DNA of 64,000 nt from Octopus vulgaris (GCA_951406725.2 OX597817.1:49600001-49664000); one strand, 5' to 3'. Shown: positions 25,788-41,205, counted from the stretch's first letter. Program-made: numbers and translations. Notes: generated by a model not told the origin, from the sequence alone.

Positions 25788-26915
25788 CTTACCAACGTTG
25801 TTATACATCATGAGTGCAATTCAAAGGTGACCTCAGCAAGATTTGAACTCTAAGCATAACAAGCCAGAGTAAACACTTTTCTTTTTGTGCCATTTTAAAG
25901 CCTAGCTATGCTCATGGACCCGGTTTCCCGGTTTCAGTGGCGTATGTGTTCTCCATGTGGATGGGACACCAGTCCATTGCAGCGTTACTCATTTTTGCCA
26001 GCTGAGAGGACTGGAACAATGTGAAATGAAGTGTTTTGCTCAAGAACACAGCGCGTCCCTCGGTCCAGGAATCAAAACCACAACCTTACAAACATGATGC
26101 TGACACCCTAACCATTAAGCCACACACCTCTACAGAGTAAACACTACAAGAAGTTTTCTCCTCACAATTTGCAGCCTGGACAATTAACACAATGATTTCT
26201 TACATTAATTTTGGGATAAAGTATAGTTGATTTCAATGCCACTTACTGCCTTGTTTTATTGACCTCAGAAAGTTATAAAGCCCCAGGTTAACTTCAGTAT
26301 CATTTAAACTCTGAACATAAAGTAATGTAATACAACAGTACAAGAGACTTACCAAAGTTGTTATACATTATGAGTGCAATTCAAAGGTGACCTCAGCAAG
26401 ATTTGAACTCTAAGCATAACAAGCCAGAGTAAACTCTTTTCTTCTTTGTGCCATTTTAAAGCCTAGCTATGCTCATGGACCCGGTTTCAGTGGCGTATGT
26501 GTTCTCCAGGCGAACGGGACGCCAGTCCATTGCAGCGTTACTCATTTTTGCCAGCCGAGAGGACTGGAACAATGTGAAATGAAGTGTTTTGCTCAAGAAC
26601 ACAGTGCGTCCCTCGGTCCAGGAATCAAAACCACAACCTTACGAACATGATGCTAACACCCTAACCATTAAGCCACACACCTCTACAGAATAAACACTAC
26701 AAGACACTTTCCCCAGTGCTCTACCAATACTGACAATTTGCAGCCTGGACAATTAACACAATGATTTCTTACATTAATTTTGGAATAAAGTATAGTTGAT
26801 TACAATGCCACTTACTGCCTTGTTTTATTGACCTCAGAAAGTTATAAAGCCCCAGGTTAACTTTAGCATCATTTAAACTCTGAACATAAAGTAATGTAAT
26901 ACAACAGTACAAGAG
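25788..26915 (+). repeat. Tandem duplication of a ~560-bp SINE-containing unit (x2)
   Basis: cttaccaa(c/a)gttgttatacat... starts at 25788 and 26348; both units end caacagtacaagaga. Confidence 0.92.
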
Positions 26916-27534
26916 ATTTTGTCAAACACTTTACTGATTTTGCTATCCATTGCCCTTGTAGTTATTTAACTAAATAGACAATTGTGTAATATTCTCGTTT
27001 GTTGATTTAGGCAAAAGGAAAAACTTGGTATTTTGTGAACACTCCCATAGAAAAATTTTAAAGAGTTTGAATTAGGTTAATATGTTCAGTACTTAAAGAG
27101 TTACTCCTGTTTCCAAACTAGTTCCACCTTGGGAACAAAGGCATTCCTCTCTTGTAATTTCCTTTCATTGTGATGACCGGAAACAAAACCACCACAGCTT
27201 TAAAAAAGAAATTCATGGAAAAAAAATGTAGCATTTTTGGTTCAGAGAAAAAAATTATAAAAAAAAAAGTCTCACATTTCATTTCAAAAACCATGAATAA
27301 TTATGATTCTGTAGTTAAGCAACAAAAAAGTAGTGAAAATATACTTGTAGATGTGTATAGACACATGCATGGTTGTGTGGTAAGAAGTTTGTTTCCCATC
27401 CATGTAGTTTTAGGTTTAGTCCCATCATGTGGCACCTTCAGCAATTGTCTTCTACTATAGTACCAGGCCTACAAAAGCCTTATGATTGGATTTGGCAGAC
27501 GGAAAATGAAAGAAACCTATCATATATTATATAT

Positions 27535-28237
27535 ATCATCATCATCATCATCATCATCATTGTTTAATGTCTGCTTTCCATGCAAGCATGGGTTGGATGA
27601 TTTGACAGAGGACTAGCGAACCAGATGTCTGCACCAGGCTCCAATCTTGATCTGGCAGAGTTTCTACAGCTGGATGCCCTTCCTAATGCCAACCATTCTG
27701 AGAGTGTATTGGGTGCTTTTACATGCCACTGTCATGAGGGCCAATCAGGCGGTACTGACAATAACCACGGAAAAATCATGTTTTTTTTTTAATGTGCCAC
27801 CAGCACACTGGCACAAGTGCCAGTAAGGCGATGCTGGTAATGCTAACACTCGAATGGTGCTTTTTATGTGCCACTGGCATGAACACCAGTTAGCCGTTCT
27901 AGCAATGATCACACTCAGATGGTGCTCTTAGTGCTCCACTAGCACAGATACCAATCATTGAATTTGATTTTGATTCTAATTTCACTTGATCCAACAGGTC
28001 TTTGCAAGCAGTTTCCAATGAAGGGAAGGTACGCATAAGTGGGCTGGTTACACCCCTGGTTTAGGCCACAATGTTATGGTCTCACATGGCTTGCCTGGTC
28101 TTCTCAAGCACAGCATATTTCCAAAAGTCTCAGTCACTGGTCATTACCTCGGTGAGGCCTAATGTTCAAAGGTCATGCTTCACCACTTCATCCCAGGTCT
28201 TCCTGGGTCTACCTCTTCCACAGGTTCCCTCAACCGC
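27535..28237 (-). mobile_element. 3' end of RTE LINE (ORF2 C-terminus, long 3'UTR, (GAT)n tail); source of ~10 (GAT)n-tailed fragments in the window
   Basis: Minus strand VEGTCGRGRPRKTWDEVVKHDL; 3'UTR aggaagggcatccagctgtagaaa...(gat)n also at 7665-8250, 25140-25293, 35395-35740, 43330-43750, 46320-46700, 56188-56357. Confidence 0.8.
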
Positions 28238-28283
28238 TATATATATATAATATATATATATACACACACATATAAAGATCTGT

Positions 28284-28645
28284 CAGGCTGAGTAAAAAGT
28301 AAGCAACGTTTTGAAGCATGAAATTCATCACAATATATTTCGACAATCCAGAAAATTTATTCATCAAAGTAAACACCATTACAATCAATACATGTTTGCC
28401 AACAAGTTACAAGTTTGTTTATTCCGGTAACATAAAATTCTGGAGTCCTGGAGCTGATGAACACTTTGAACACACTTTCAGCACCAGTTTGATTTTTGAA
28501 CTTCTTCTCTTGCAGGAAATCATCAAGTCAGTAAGAGAAAAGTCTGGGGAATAAGCTGGGTGGGGAAGAACTTCAGGGCCAAGTTTCCGCAACTTCTGGA
28601 GCGTCATTAGTGAAACGTGCAGTTGAGCATTGTCATGAAGAATGA
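28284..28645 (-). mobile_element. Mariner-type transposase 3' remnant with a TIR-like end
   Basis: LHDNAQLHV, EVLPHPAYSPDFSLTD; end tcaggctgagtaaaaagtaagcaac. Confidence 0.8.
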
Positions 28646-29406
28646 TTGGGCAAGTATCTACAACTAGAGTCTCAGGGCGACCAAAGCCTTGTGAGTGGAT
28701 TTGGTAGATGGAAACTGAAAGAGTCCTGTCGTATATGTATGTGTGTGTGTGTGTGTGTCTGTTTTAGTCCCCCACCATTGCTTGACAACTGATGTTGATG
28801 TGTTTACGTCCCCATAACTTAACAATTCGGCAAAAGAGACCAATAGAATAAGTACTAGGCTTACAAGGAATAAGTCCTGGGTTCTGTTTGTTCAACTAAA
28901 GGCGGTGATCCAGCATGGCTGCAGTCAAATGACTAAAACAAGTAAAAGAATAAAAGACTATATATCATCATCGTCATCTTCATTTGATGTCTGTTTTTCA
29001 TGCTGGCATGGGTTAGATAGATTGTTAGATATGTAAGTAAGTAGGTAGGTAGGTAAGTCGATCGGTCGGTCGGTAGGCAGGTAGGTACGTAGGTAGGCAG
29101 ATAGGTAGGAAGATCATGATTGATTGCTAGCCACTAAACCTTTTTCATTTTATTTTCTCTCAGTTTATTTCTGTGTTCCTTTCTGTTGAAGAGCATAAGC
29201 TCGAAATGTAAAAGACTTTCTCACTTCCTGAGCATTAAACTAATACATCTCTTGTTGTTTACACACCCGTCTTCGTCTTTTGTTTTGTTTGTTTGTTTAA
29301 TTGTAAATTCCAACTATATATCGCATGCTCATGTGGTCGCACCAGTTTCATCCTGTCTCTATCTCATACACTTCGGACTATTCTATCTGGATTTTCTACT
29401 CTCCTA

Positions 29407-29523
29407 TACTTTGGACTCCTACACTTCGGACTCTTACACTTCGGACTCCTACACTTCGGACTCCTTCACTTCAGACTCCTACACTTCAGACTCCTGCACT
29501 TCGGACTCCTACACTTCAGACTT
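29407..29523 (+). repeat. 15-bp minisatellite (acacttcggactcct) ~8 copies
   Basis: Direct reading. Confidence 0.9.
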
Positions 29524-29600
29524 CCACCTGGTTTTTCTGCACCTCTCCTACCTACACATGGATTACACTGGACTCTTTCGTAGATAGATATATAGATAGA

Positions 29601-29701
<101 letters not shown>

Positions 29702-32700
29702 GGATATGTTTCTTTATTAGCCACACAGGGCTGGACAAAGATGGGACAAATTACAAAGTAGAACTTTTCTTTTTGGGGAGAAAAAAAAGTGGGGTAGGTT
29801 ATCGATCAAAAGAGATCATAGAAAGGAAAAAAAAGAAAAAGAAAAGAAAAAAGATCAATAGGGATCATGTATCACAGAAATGTCATGATGTAAAGTGTAA
29901 AAGGGGGAAGCAGATAAGGTTTATCCGTGGAAAGAAAAGCCTACAGAAAAGACCGCGGTAACCTTGGTCATTAATGTCACAGATAGATAGATAGACAGAC
30001 AGACAGACAGGTAACAGACAGACAGGCAGGCAAACAGACAGATAGATTGATAGATATACACACATACATATATATATATTTATATATAATTATAATAATA
30101 TTATCAAGGAGTATGGCTCCAAACTTACAGGGAAAAATTAAATTTAGGATTAAATCAAATTTCACAGTATAAATATATAAAATATGAATTAGAGATAAAA
30201 CCACTATTAGGCAACTCAAACAGTGATAGACATAAACCAATACATAAATAACAAATAATATAAATATAAATATAATAAAATATCATATATAATATATATA
30301 TATAAATATCTCTAATTCATATTTTATATTTATATATATATATTTATACACACATAAACACACACACACACATAGGATTATGCTGTCATAATACAACAGT
30401 ATTGCATAACCCTTAGTGTGTGTGTGTTTAGTAAATTAGAAGAGGTACATGAAGAGGGCACGAAAGAGGCTAAATCAGATTATGCACATACACAATAACT
30501 TTTTTCCTGTCACTTTTGTTTCTTGTGACAATTTTTTTCCTGGATTCATTTTTTTTTGTACTCCAGGAAGAATTAAACTTAATAAAAAAAAAATACATAA
30601 TAATTCTCATGACTCATACATTCTCTCTAATTTGCAGCCAAATTTGGCAAGTGTCCTATTTCTTTCCCTTCGCTGTCAAAAATATAGCTTCTCCCTCAAC
30701 AGTTATCTGTATTCTATTGAGGAAAGTCAAGAGTTGTAACCATTTCCTTCCTCTTTGTAATTGACATTTATCAGATGTGAAATGAGAGAGAAAAGGAGAC
30801 AGAGAGAATAGTGAATATAATCTAATTTTTAAAATATATTGACAAAAAAGGAATAATGTAATATTGTATCTTGAAAACATAATCTTGATCTATTACTTGT
30901 TTCTGTCATTTAGGCCACGGCCATGCTGGGGCACCACCTTGAAGAATTTTAGTCGGACTCATTGACACCAGTACTTTTTTTTTATTCAAAGCCTGGCACT
31001 TTTTCTATTGGTTCCTTTTGCTGAATCACAGAGGTACAGGGATGTATACACACCAACACCAGCTGTCAAACAGTGGTAGGGACAAGCACAGACACAGACA
31101 AACACACACATGCATACACACACAGACACAAATTTTGCCTGGTGCAAACACACAGATAAGTTTCTTTCAACGAACTGGACAACACCACCTGCTCTGGATT
31201 GAGTTGCTGTCTTGCAAACATTGACATATTTTCTGTAACATTGTTCTATGCCAGCTGCATCGGGGTTTCTGCAATCAAGGACGATGTGGATCTTGGTTTT
31301 CTTGCTTTCATTTCTTTCTTCTCATTTCATTTTTTTTATCAACCATCTCTCTCTTTTTATTCTTTTACTCATTTCAGTCATTTGACTGTGGCCATGCTAG
31401 AGCACCACCTTTAGTCGAGCAAATCGACCCCAAGACTTATTCTTTGTAAGCCTAGTACTTATTCTATCGGTCTCTTTTGCCGAACCGCTAAGTTACAGGG
31501 GACGTAAACACACCAGCATTGGTTGTCAAGTGATGTTGAGGTTTCAAACACAGGTACACAAACACACACATATAGATATACATATATATGACGGGCGTCT
31601 TTCAGTTTCCATCTACCAAATCCACTTACAAGGCTTTGGTCGGCCAGAGGCTATAGCAGAAGACTCTTGCCCAAGGTGCCACACAGTGGGACTGAACCCA
31701 GAACCATGTGGTTAGTAAGCAAGCTACTTACCACACAGTCACTCCTATTTTTTTTGCTTTTTCATATTTCCTCACAGCCCAGTGTCCTTGGCTTTTATAA
31801 TGTATCTAACACATAAACAAAGCCTGAAAGTTTGTTTGGCGATACATTGCATATTTTATAAATATTCATATTTAAAGTATCACTGAAGCATGTAACTATT
31901 AGTAGCTCTTTTGTAATATGTATTAAATTGATACACATACAAGAAGTGCCCCAGCATGGCCACAGCCTTTGGGCTGAAATGTACAAAAGATTATATCTAA
32001 ATGGATAAACTAAATTCAAAATATAGGTTGTTGTTATTATTGAGCTTAGTTTTTTTTTTATGATCCCAAGGACTTTAGCTGAACTCAGTTTGCATGGTGA
32101 GCAAGTGATTGAGATTACATTACTCCCTGCTGAATGGGGCCTTGGTCTGTCACAGGATTAACTTCCTCACTATGGCTAGAACTCATTTATAGTAGAGTGG
32201 ACTAAAGCAGTGTGACATGAAGTGCTTTGCTCAAGATCACAACAAACTGCCCAGCCCAGGAATTCTTTTCTACTCTAGGCACAAGGCCTGAAATTTTGGA
32301 GGAAGCATCCAGTCAATTTGATCGACCCCAGTACGCAACTGGTACTTAATTTATCGACCCTGAAAGGATGAAAGCAAAGTCGACATCGATGGAATTTGAA
32401 CTCAGAAATACCACTAAGCATTTCGTCTAGTGTGCTAACGTGTCTGCCAACTCGCCAGGAATTGAAGCCACAAATTGTGAGTGACACAGCCTAACCCCTA
32501 GACTGTATGACTTAATTATTATTGATTAACCCCAGGTTAAACCTGATTAAATTGGCTTGTGATCAAAACCATGACATTCTGACTATTATAAAGACATAGT
32601 GTATCTAGGACTACATTACTGAATGTGTCCTTTCAAGTTACAAGACAGTTAGGTATTCTGTGAGGGATGTTTGGCTGATATTTCTATTTTGATTTTTTTA

Positions 32701-33205
32701 TTTGCTGGGGCTAGCAGGTGGGGGAAGAGCCTATGAATTTGTAGGCCCTCCAAGACAAATGAGATTCATACCATGCATGTTCTGATTAAATTGTTGCAAG
32801 TGAACAACAGCAGAAAAGGGGAAGATACCAGAGGAAAGAAGGGACCGAGTATAGTAGTTACTATGTGTTATAAATGGGTCGGACACAAGAAAGGAGATAA
32901 GAGATGGAGAGATGAAGAGATGAGTGGGTCAGAAATGCCCGAGTCAAGGATAAACATGGGCAGCTAGTTCCAAGGAACATGGCCCTTGCTGGCTCTTTCA
33001 TTGTGTTGAGTTGGCTGTCACGGACAGGAAAGAGTTAAACACTTGATCTAATTTCAAGGTACGGTGTCAATATCTGTTTGAAAGCTTTTTAACTTCCTTT
33101 ATATTGCTAGTATCTATGAGGAAGGCATAGTTGCGATATCCATTTCCTACTTAAAATCTGGAGCCTCTGTGTTATTTCTAAATAAACCTACATATTTATT
33201 AAAAA

Positions 33206-33596
33206 CTAGCTGTATCGCCCGGCGTTGCTCGGGTTTGTTTCAACCCTTTACAATTGGAATTTTTGAAAAGTAAAAATTTTGCATTATGTAGCTTGTTATT
33301 CTCTTTAAGTAAACATTTTTCTGGTTGAAATACACCGAAAGATGGCGACACAGCAGTCAAAAAATCGTTAAAAAAGTAGGGATTTTCATAGAAAAAAAGC
33401 AGCTTTTTGATGTAAATAATTTTCGGTGTTACCATGGTCTGATTTGAATTTTTTCTTCTACAGAAGGAAGAGCAAGCCTTCTTCTATCATACTCTCAATT
33501 TTGGTCAACTTGCACCGCAGGGTCTCGGAGGAGACAGTGTTAGTTGAAGGCTACCAAACCTGCCATACACAGACAACTTCAGCTTTATATATAAGA
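33206..33596 (-). mobile_element. Non-autonomous Helitron
   Basis: Minus strand: 5' TC start (tcttatatataaagctg), 3' hairpin cccgagcaacgccggg then CTAG; inserted between A and T, no TSD. Confidence 0.85.
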
Positions 33597-34568
33597 TTAA
33601 GCTTTGATAAATATCTACTATAAGTGAATGCTACATGATTGCATTATGGAGTGTTTGTTGCTTCCAAGGATGCTAGTGGTGTCCAGTTAATGCTGGAATG
33701 CTCTCTGATCAATCTAAATCTATAGCTGTTTTACTCTCTTTACTCTTTTACTTGTTTCAGTCATTTGACTGTGGCCATGCTGGAGCACCACCTTTAGTCG
33801 AGAAAATCGACCCCAGAACTTATTCATTGTAAGCCTAGTACTTATTCTATCGGTCTCTTTTGCCGAACCACTAAGTTACGGGGATGTAAACACACTAGCA
33901 TCGGTTGTCTATCGATGTTCGGGGTATAAACACAGATACACAAACATATACACACACGTACATATATATATATATACGCACACACACACACACACACATA
34001 CATATATACTACGGGCTTCTTTCAGTTTCCGTCTACCAAATCCACTCACAAGGCTTTGGTCGGCCTGAGGCTATAGTAGAAGACACTTGCCCAAGATGCC
34101 ACACAGTGAGACTGAACCCAGAACCATGTGGTTGGTAAGCAAGTTACTTACCACACAGCCACTCCTTTCTTTTTGCAATTTATTTTTTGCCTCTAGTTTT
34201 TTAATTGTTCCAGTCATTAGACTGCCGCCATAATTGAATACCATCTTGAATTCTAGCTGAACAAATTGACCCCCGTACTTATGTCTTTTACAGCCTGATA
34301 TCGTTCTATTGATCTCTTTTGTCAAACCACTGTGAACACAACAACATGCATTGCCAAGCATTGGTGGTAGATAGACAAACACAGACACAAAAACAAACAT
34401 ACACATAGGTAGGTGCAGGAGTGGCTGTGTGGTAAGGAGCTAGCTTCCCAACCATATGTTTCCAGGTTTAGTCCCACTGCAAGCACCTTGGGCAAGTGTC
34501 TTCTACTATAACCTCGAGCTGATCAAAGCCTTGTGGGTGGATTTGGTAGATGTAAACTGAAAGAAACC

Positions 34569-34609
<41 letters not shown>

Positions 34610-35338
34610 CACATCAAAGGGAAATGGAAATTAATTAAAATTTTCATTTCCAGTGGTCTAACGTGTAAAAAATTTAGTCCAAAAGACTATATATTAGTCA
34701 TACGATATAGTGTATATTTAAACACATGAGGAATCCAATTATAGGAATTCAACACACTAGAAAGAACAGCTAGGTTCTATAACCACAAAAATTAGGGATA
34801 AAATTCAACAGGAACGAAATGAAAAATTAAAAACATTTTACCATCTAGTTTCCTGGACCAGTTGGTTTCTTATTTTAGTTTAGCAAGTCAAAGAACTTGC
34901 CAGGTGCAATCTTCTTCAACAGGACCACCTAAGGTTTAACGTATACACATGGGGTGATCAAAACTACTCGCCCCGTATTTATACGTCCTAACTTTTTCAA
35001 AATCTACTGCGCAGTCCTTTGCCGGCAATAAAAAAGCCAACTTTTAAAACCGAAAATTATCATGACAAATTATTTAACTGAATACCAAGTAGAAATATAC
35101 ACTATTTGATTAATTGTTCACGTATGTAGTTGTATATATAATTGCACAAATACTTTATTGTTTTTTATATAATAAAATGAACCAAGTATTTTGTTCAGTT
35201 AAATTCTTTAACCCTTTTGTAATCAAATTTCTATTGAAATACACAGTCTTTGTTTCAATTAATTTTGTAAATAATAAAGAATTCAGTAAAATAATTTAGT
35301 TCCTGCTAAGCTGGTATTTGGAACATAAACGGGAAGCT

Positions 35339-35981
35339 TTAACTCTTCAGCATTCAGCATTCAGATTACTCTGTTAAATGCATATTTATTCATGTCATCA
35401 TCAACATTTAACGTCTGTTATCCATTCTGGCATGGGTCAAACGGTTTGGCTGGTAAGTTGGAAGGCTGCACCAGACTCCAGTCTGAGTTGGCATAGTTTT
35501 CTACTGCTGGATGCCCTTCCTAACACCAACTACTCCTAAAGTGTAATGGGTGCTTTTACATGCCACTGGCACAGGTGCCATTTGCATGACACCAGTATCT
35601 GCCATGATTCTGTCTTTGTTCAGCTCAATGGGTCTTCTTCTTCAGTTTCACATAATGCCAAAGGTCTCAGTCATTGACTCCATGAGGTCCAACGCATGAA
35701 AGGAACTCAGCCACTTTGGCTCCATAAGGCCCAATGCTTGATGATATTATTATCAAACAGATCGATAAAATACTAGAAAGTGTATATAATATGTATATGT
35801 TATTGTTTTGAATTAATCTTGCATTTATGCATTATCTCATAGCTTTGAGATTTTGAAAATGTGATTGTATATTTTCAGAATAACATTGTAGGGCATGAGG
35901 GAGAGGTAAAATCTAGTTTTAACATAAAACAAGGTGAACAATTTGGGTAGGATAAGACCTCCTTAAATGCTAAAGAGTTAA
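35339..35981. mobile_element. piggyBac-like MITE with nested RTE 3'UTR fragment
   Basis: TTAA at both ends; TIR ctcttcagcatt / aatgctaaagag. Confidence 0.6.
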
Positions 35982-36185
35982 GACAGGTACCTTTATATCA
36001 CAGAAGCAAGAGAGGCCTTGAGTGGGCTGATATCAAAAGGGTCAAATACATTTTATCACATGTAATTAACTATGTAACTAATCAATTACTACCCATTGAT
36101 TTTTCCATGAGTACCTGCTGGTTTTAGTAACAAATTACATTTTATATATACAAATGTAAATATTAAATGTTTACACACACACACA

Positions 36186-36249
<64 letters not shown>

Positions 36250-36905
36250 CACACGTACATATATATATAGATGTGTGTATCTATGTGTGTGTGTCTTTGT
36301 GTCCATATTAGTCTCCCACCACTGCTTGACAACTGGTGTTAGTGTGTTTATGTACCCGTAACCTAATGGTTCAGCAAAGGACACTGATAGAATAAGTATT
36401 AGGCTTTTGAAACAAGTCCTGGGATTGTTTCGTTTGACTAAAACCTTTCAAGGTGGTGCCCCAGCATGGCCGCAGTCAAACGACTGAAACAAGTAAGAGA
36501 TAAAAGTCATTGTTAATGCTTGCTGCAATGCTTTGTTGTAGTAGTAGCAGTAGTAGAAGTAGCAGTAGTAGAAGTAGCAGCAGCATTAGTAGTAAGCTGA
36601 CAAATTGTTAGTACACTAAACAAAATGCTTAGTAGAAAGCATTTTGCCTGTCTTTATGGCATTCTGAGGTCAAATACTGCTGAGGTCAACTTTGCCTTTA
36701 AGTATCAGTTGACCACTAGGGCCAATGCTACCTACTTCTTCCCTACCCCCAATATTTCAAGTCATATTCCATTTGTAATTATGATTTGCCTTTCATCCTC
36801 TTGGGGTCAATAAATTAAGTACCAGTTGAGTACTGGGGTTGATGTTATCATTTTAAGCCCCACCACCAAATTTCAGGCCTTGTGCCTATAATAGAATGGT
36901 TTATA

Positions 36906-36949
<44 letters not shown>

Positions 36950-37951
36950 CATTATTATTATTATTATTGAATGAGAGAGCAGTGCTGGCTGTCAAAGTGA
37001 CACTGGGGTACAATTATACAAAACCCAGTATACCCATCATGATTACCTGTCTGATAAAGGTACACCAGGCACATGCATCTCCACCATATGTGGGTGACAT
37101 GGTGATCTCATATCAAGATAAACAGTGCATGACCTTGCAGGTGGGGCCCACTTAGAATTTTCTTCAGGTCGAGTAGCCCATCCTGCTCAAAAGGTCTCTG
37201 AATAAGGGTTGTTTAAAGATGCTGAATGAAACACCCATGTTTCCAGAGGTGAATTGTGCAAACCCTAAAGAATTCCTGTCAACACATGGCTATGATGTTC
37301 CCCCCACTACTTCTGCTTGTGATCAGAGATACACATAACATCAGCCACTAAAGGATATGCTCAACTGGTTTATGGTCCAACAACTGACATGCTCAACTGG
37401 TTAAGGTCAAACAACTGACCAGCAGCAAATCTGTGGTATTAAGCAGAATAAGGGTGACAGAATCATTAGTAAGCTGGACAAAATGCTAAACGGTATTTTG
37501 CCCATCACTACATTCTGAATTCAAATTCCGCTGATTTGTTGACTTTGCTTTTATCCTTTCAGAGTCGATAAATTAAGTACCAATGAAATTCTGGGGTCGA
37601 TATAATCAACTAGTCCCCTCCCCCAAAATTTCAGGCCTTGTGCCTATAATAGAAAGGTTTATTATTATAACTGTTATTATCCTCATCGTGGAGGTGTTTG
37701 GTCTAGCGGTTAGAGTGTCAGCATCATGATTGTAAGATTGTGGTTTCGATTCTTGGACTGGGTGACACGTGTTCTTTGCTCCAGTCCACTCAGCTGGCAA
37801 AAATGAGTCACGATGAGCTGCGATGGACTGGCGTCCCTTCCAGCTGGGGAACACATACGCCATTGAAACCAGGAAACCGGGCCCAAGAGCCTGGTTAGGC
37901 TTTAAAAGGGAGCACTTCTTTTTTATTTTTATTATTATCATCATCATAATC

Positions 37952-37988
<37 letters not shown>

Positions 37989-38280
37989 ATTGTAGTAGAT
38001 AAGTTTAATCTGTAACTATTATTCACGGTTATGGATTGAACTTACTGACACTTAGATTTCTGAATTCTTTATTTGCTTAAAGTGGTCTGACCTTGTTCCT
38101 ATGAACATGTCACTCCTAGAAGTACACATCTATGTATGTGTGTGTGTGTATGTATTTAGGTAGGTAAATACGTACATATATACGTATTTATGCATGTGTG
38201 TATATGTGTGTAAATGTATGTATGTCTGTGTTTGTATCTATGTATATATGTGTGTTTATGTTTGTAATTATGCATGTATG

Positions 38281-38314
<34 letters not shown>

Positions 38315-39136
38315 TGTATGTATGTATATATATATATATGTATGTATGAATTCATATATACATGTGTGTATGTCATTGTTCAGTTTTATTTCAAGATTCT
38401 TGCCAATAGAGAAAGAACCAGCTTCTAACCTAGATCAAAGGCTCCTTCATTGGAATTTTAACTTCAACAATACTGTATTTTTGTTTTGTATGTGTGTATG
38501 TGTGTATGTATGTATGTATGTATGTATGTATGTATGTATGTACATATGTATGTGACTGACCAGGCTATCAGATGTTGCTACACATCGCTGGTCACAATGC
38601 GCTGCACATTGTTTTAGCCTTCAAATAATGCCACCCTGCTGGCTAAGCGAGCAGGCCAACAGAGGAAAGAGTGAGAGAAAGTTGTGGCGAAAGAGTACAG
38701 CAGGGATCGCCACCACCCGCTACCGGATCCTCGTAGAGCTTTAGGTGTTTTTGCTCAATAAACACTCACAATGCCCGGCCTGAGAATCGAAACCACAATC
38801 CTACAACCACGAGTCTGCTGCCCTAACCACTGGACCATTGCGCCTCCACACATATGTATGTATGTATGTATAAGGCAAAATATAAGTTATTCCTAGATGA
38901 TACAATATTCCTAAAGGTCAGCAATGGTCATCCTCTGTCATGAGTGGATGGCCATCACACCCACACACACAGACATGTGTGCACACACATACCTCTTTAC
39001 CTCTTTCTCTTGCACTCTCCTGTCTTAGAAAGAACTTTTTCTTCACCCATTCCCTTCTGGTCATTTCAATATGTGACCGTGTATGTATCGTTGGCGATTT
39101 TCTTTTTCCATCTTCCCTTCTTTGGACTTTTTCTAT

Positions 39137-39171
39137 ATTTCTGATGAAGAGCTCTGCTCGAAATGTGAAAT
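39137..39171 (+). ncRNA. Minimal hammerhead motif within a PLE-like repeat (~38910-39285)
   Basis: attt-CTGATGA-a-gagc(tct)gctc-GAAAT-GTG-aaat; GUG triplet is not a cleavable NUH. Confidence 0.55.
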
Positions 39172-39606
39172 TCTCTTTCTTTTCTTTCCTTTCCTGAGCG
39201 TCCAATAACACAGTACTTATTCCACAACCTCGCGTTGTTGTTTTTTGTTGTTGTTTTCTTGCTTGTTCATGTTTGGATTAACTATGTATGTATGTATGTG
39301 TATATGTATGCATGTATGTATGTGTGTATGTATGTACAACTAACTAACAAACCAATTAAACATTGTAGTACACAGTAAAAACAGCTATTTATAAATGTCA
39401 TAGAACTTTAAGAAAAAAATTTGAAACCTCAGCAAATTCATCTGCCATTTGGACAAAACAAAACAAGCAACTATTACACAATGTATAAAATGGTTAGCAT
39501 CCAGCTGTAGAAACCATACCACACTATCACTGGAGGTCAGTACAGCTCAGTGGCTCATTGGATACTGTCTAATGGTCCGGTCTATGCATAGAAAATGGAC
39601 ATTAAC

Positions 39607-39637
<31 letters not shown>

Positions 39638-39645
39638 GGTGATGA

Positions 39646-39679
<34 letters not shown>

Positions 39680-40499
39680 GGTGGTGATGGTGATGATGAG
39701 GATGATGATGATCATGACAATGATGGCGACGACATCGACAACGATGGTGATTATTGTTGTCTAGAAGACTCAATCCCAAAGTAGTCCCAATAAGTGACAT
39801 CCACTATACTTAGAATTTCCTGCACTCCATTGACAATATTTTATCATTAGGGGAAGGCGGCAAGCTGGCAGAAACATTAGCATGCCGGGCAAAATGCTTA
39901 GCAGTATTTTGTCTGTCTTTACGTTCTGAGTTCAAATTCCACCGAGACTGACTTTGCCTTTCATCCTTTCGGGGCCAATAAATTAAGTACCAGTTGCGTA
40001 CTGGGGTCAATCTAATAGATTGGCCCCCTCTTCAAAACGTCTCAGGCCTTGTGCCTAGAGTAGAAAAGAATATCTCTACTCTATGGAAGGTGCTGAGCTG
40101 GCAGAAACGTGAGCATGCCAGGTCAAATGCTTAGCAGTGTTTTGTCTGTCTTTACGTTCTGAGTTCAAATTCTGCCGAGGTTGACTTTGCCTTTCATCCT
40201 TCTGGGGTCGATAAATTAACTACCAGTTGCATACTGGGTTGATCTAATCGACTGGCCTCCTCCCCCCAAAATTTCAGGCCTTGTGCCTCGAGTAGAAAGG
40301 AATATCTTATCATCAGGAAAAGACAAAAGAATTACCACAACAACCACAAAATAATTGCTGTAATTGATTATATTCTCTGTGTCCGTTCCAAAACCTCACA
40401 GGTTGTTGACCAATGACCTTTGCCCTGGTGGTTATTAGAGACAGGATTTAAGAATACATATTCCATCCATTTGCTTTTGTGTTGTATTTTAGATAGGTA

Positions 40500-40511
40500 C
40501 AGAGAGAGAGA

Positions 40512-40548
<37 letters not shown>

Positions 40549-40800
40549 AAAGGAGAGGAAGAGTGGGGTAAGGGAGAGGAGGAAAGGGAGACCAAAGGAA
40601 AAAAGGTGAAAGGGAAGAGAAGACAGAGAGAGTGAGTTGAAGTAGGCGATACTCTGAAAGAGAGAGAGAGAAAGAGTGTGTGTGTGTGTCTGTGTGAAAA
40701 AGAGAGAAAATTAGTGTAAGACAGAGAGGGGAAGAGAAGGTGAGATAGATAGAGAGAGGAAGAGAGAGAGAGAAAGAAAGAGAGAGGGAGAGAGAGAGAC
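40500..40800 (+). repeat. (GA)n-rich purine tract
   Basis: Direct reading. Confidence 0.9.
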
Positions 40801-41205
40801 AATGCTGAATCAGTAGAGTCATGAGAGTGGTCAGAGAGAATGCCTCTGTGCTTTAGTTCTCAATCTCAGCATTGTAAGTTCAAATCTTACTGAGGTTAGC
40901 TTTATTTTTCACCACCCTTCTAGGGTCAGAAAAGGAAAATAGTGTTACCTACCCAGAGTAACAGAATGGCAGAACTATAAGAAAGACGAACCAACTGCTT
41001 TGTGGTATTTATTCTGGTGCTCTAGATTCTGAGTTCAACTCTTGCTATGGCTTGCATGGGTAACAGATTTCAAATATTGTCTGGTTTAACACTTCTACTC
41101 ATGGTGGCTCTATTGGAGTCTACTCTGTTACATATATACAAGTCAGGTCTCACCCCTACAAACGGGTCACAAACACTGCCTTTTCCTCCTGACTAAAACA
41201 TTAAA

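Noticed and set aside
36968-37450. Repeat-like element abutting (TTA)n, possibly Dong/R4-related
   Set aside because: Single copy in the window and no diagnostic motif.
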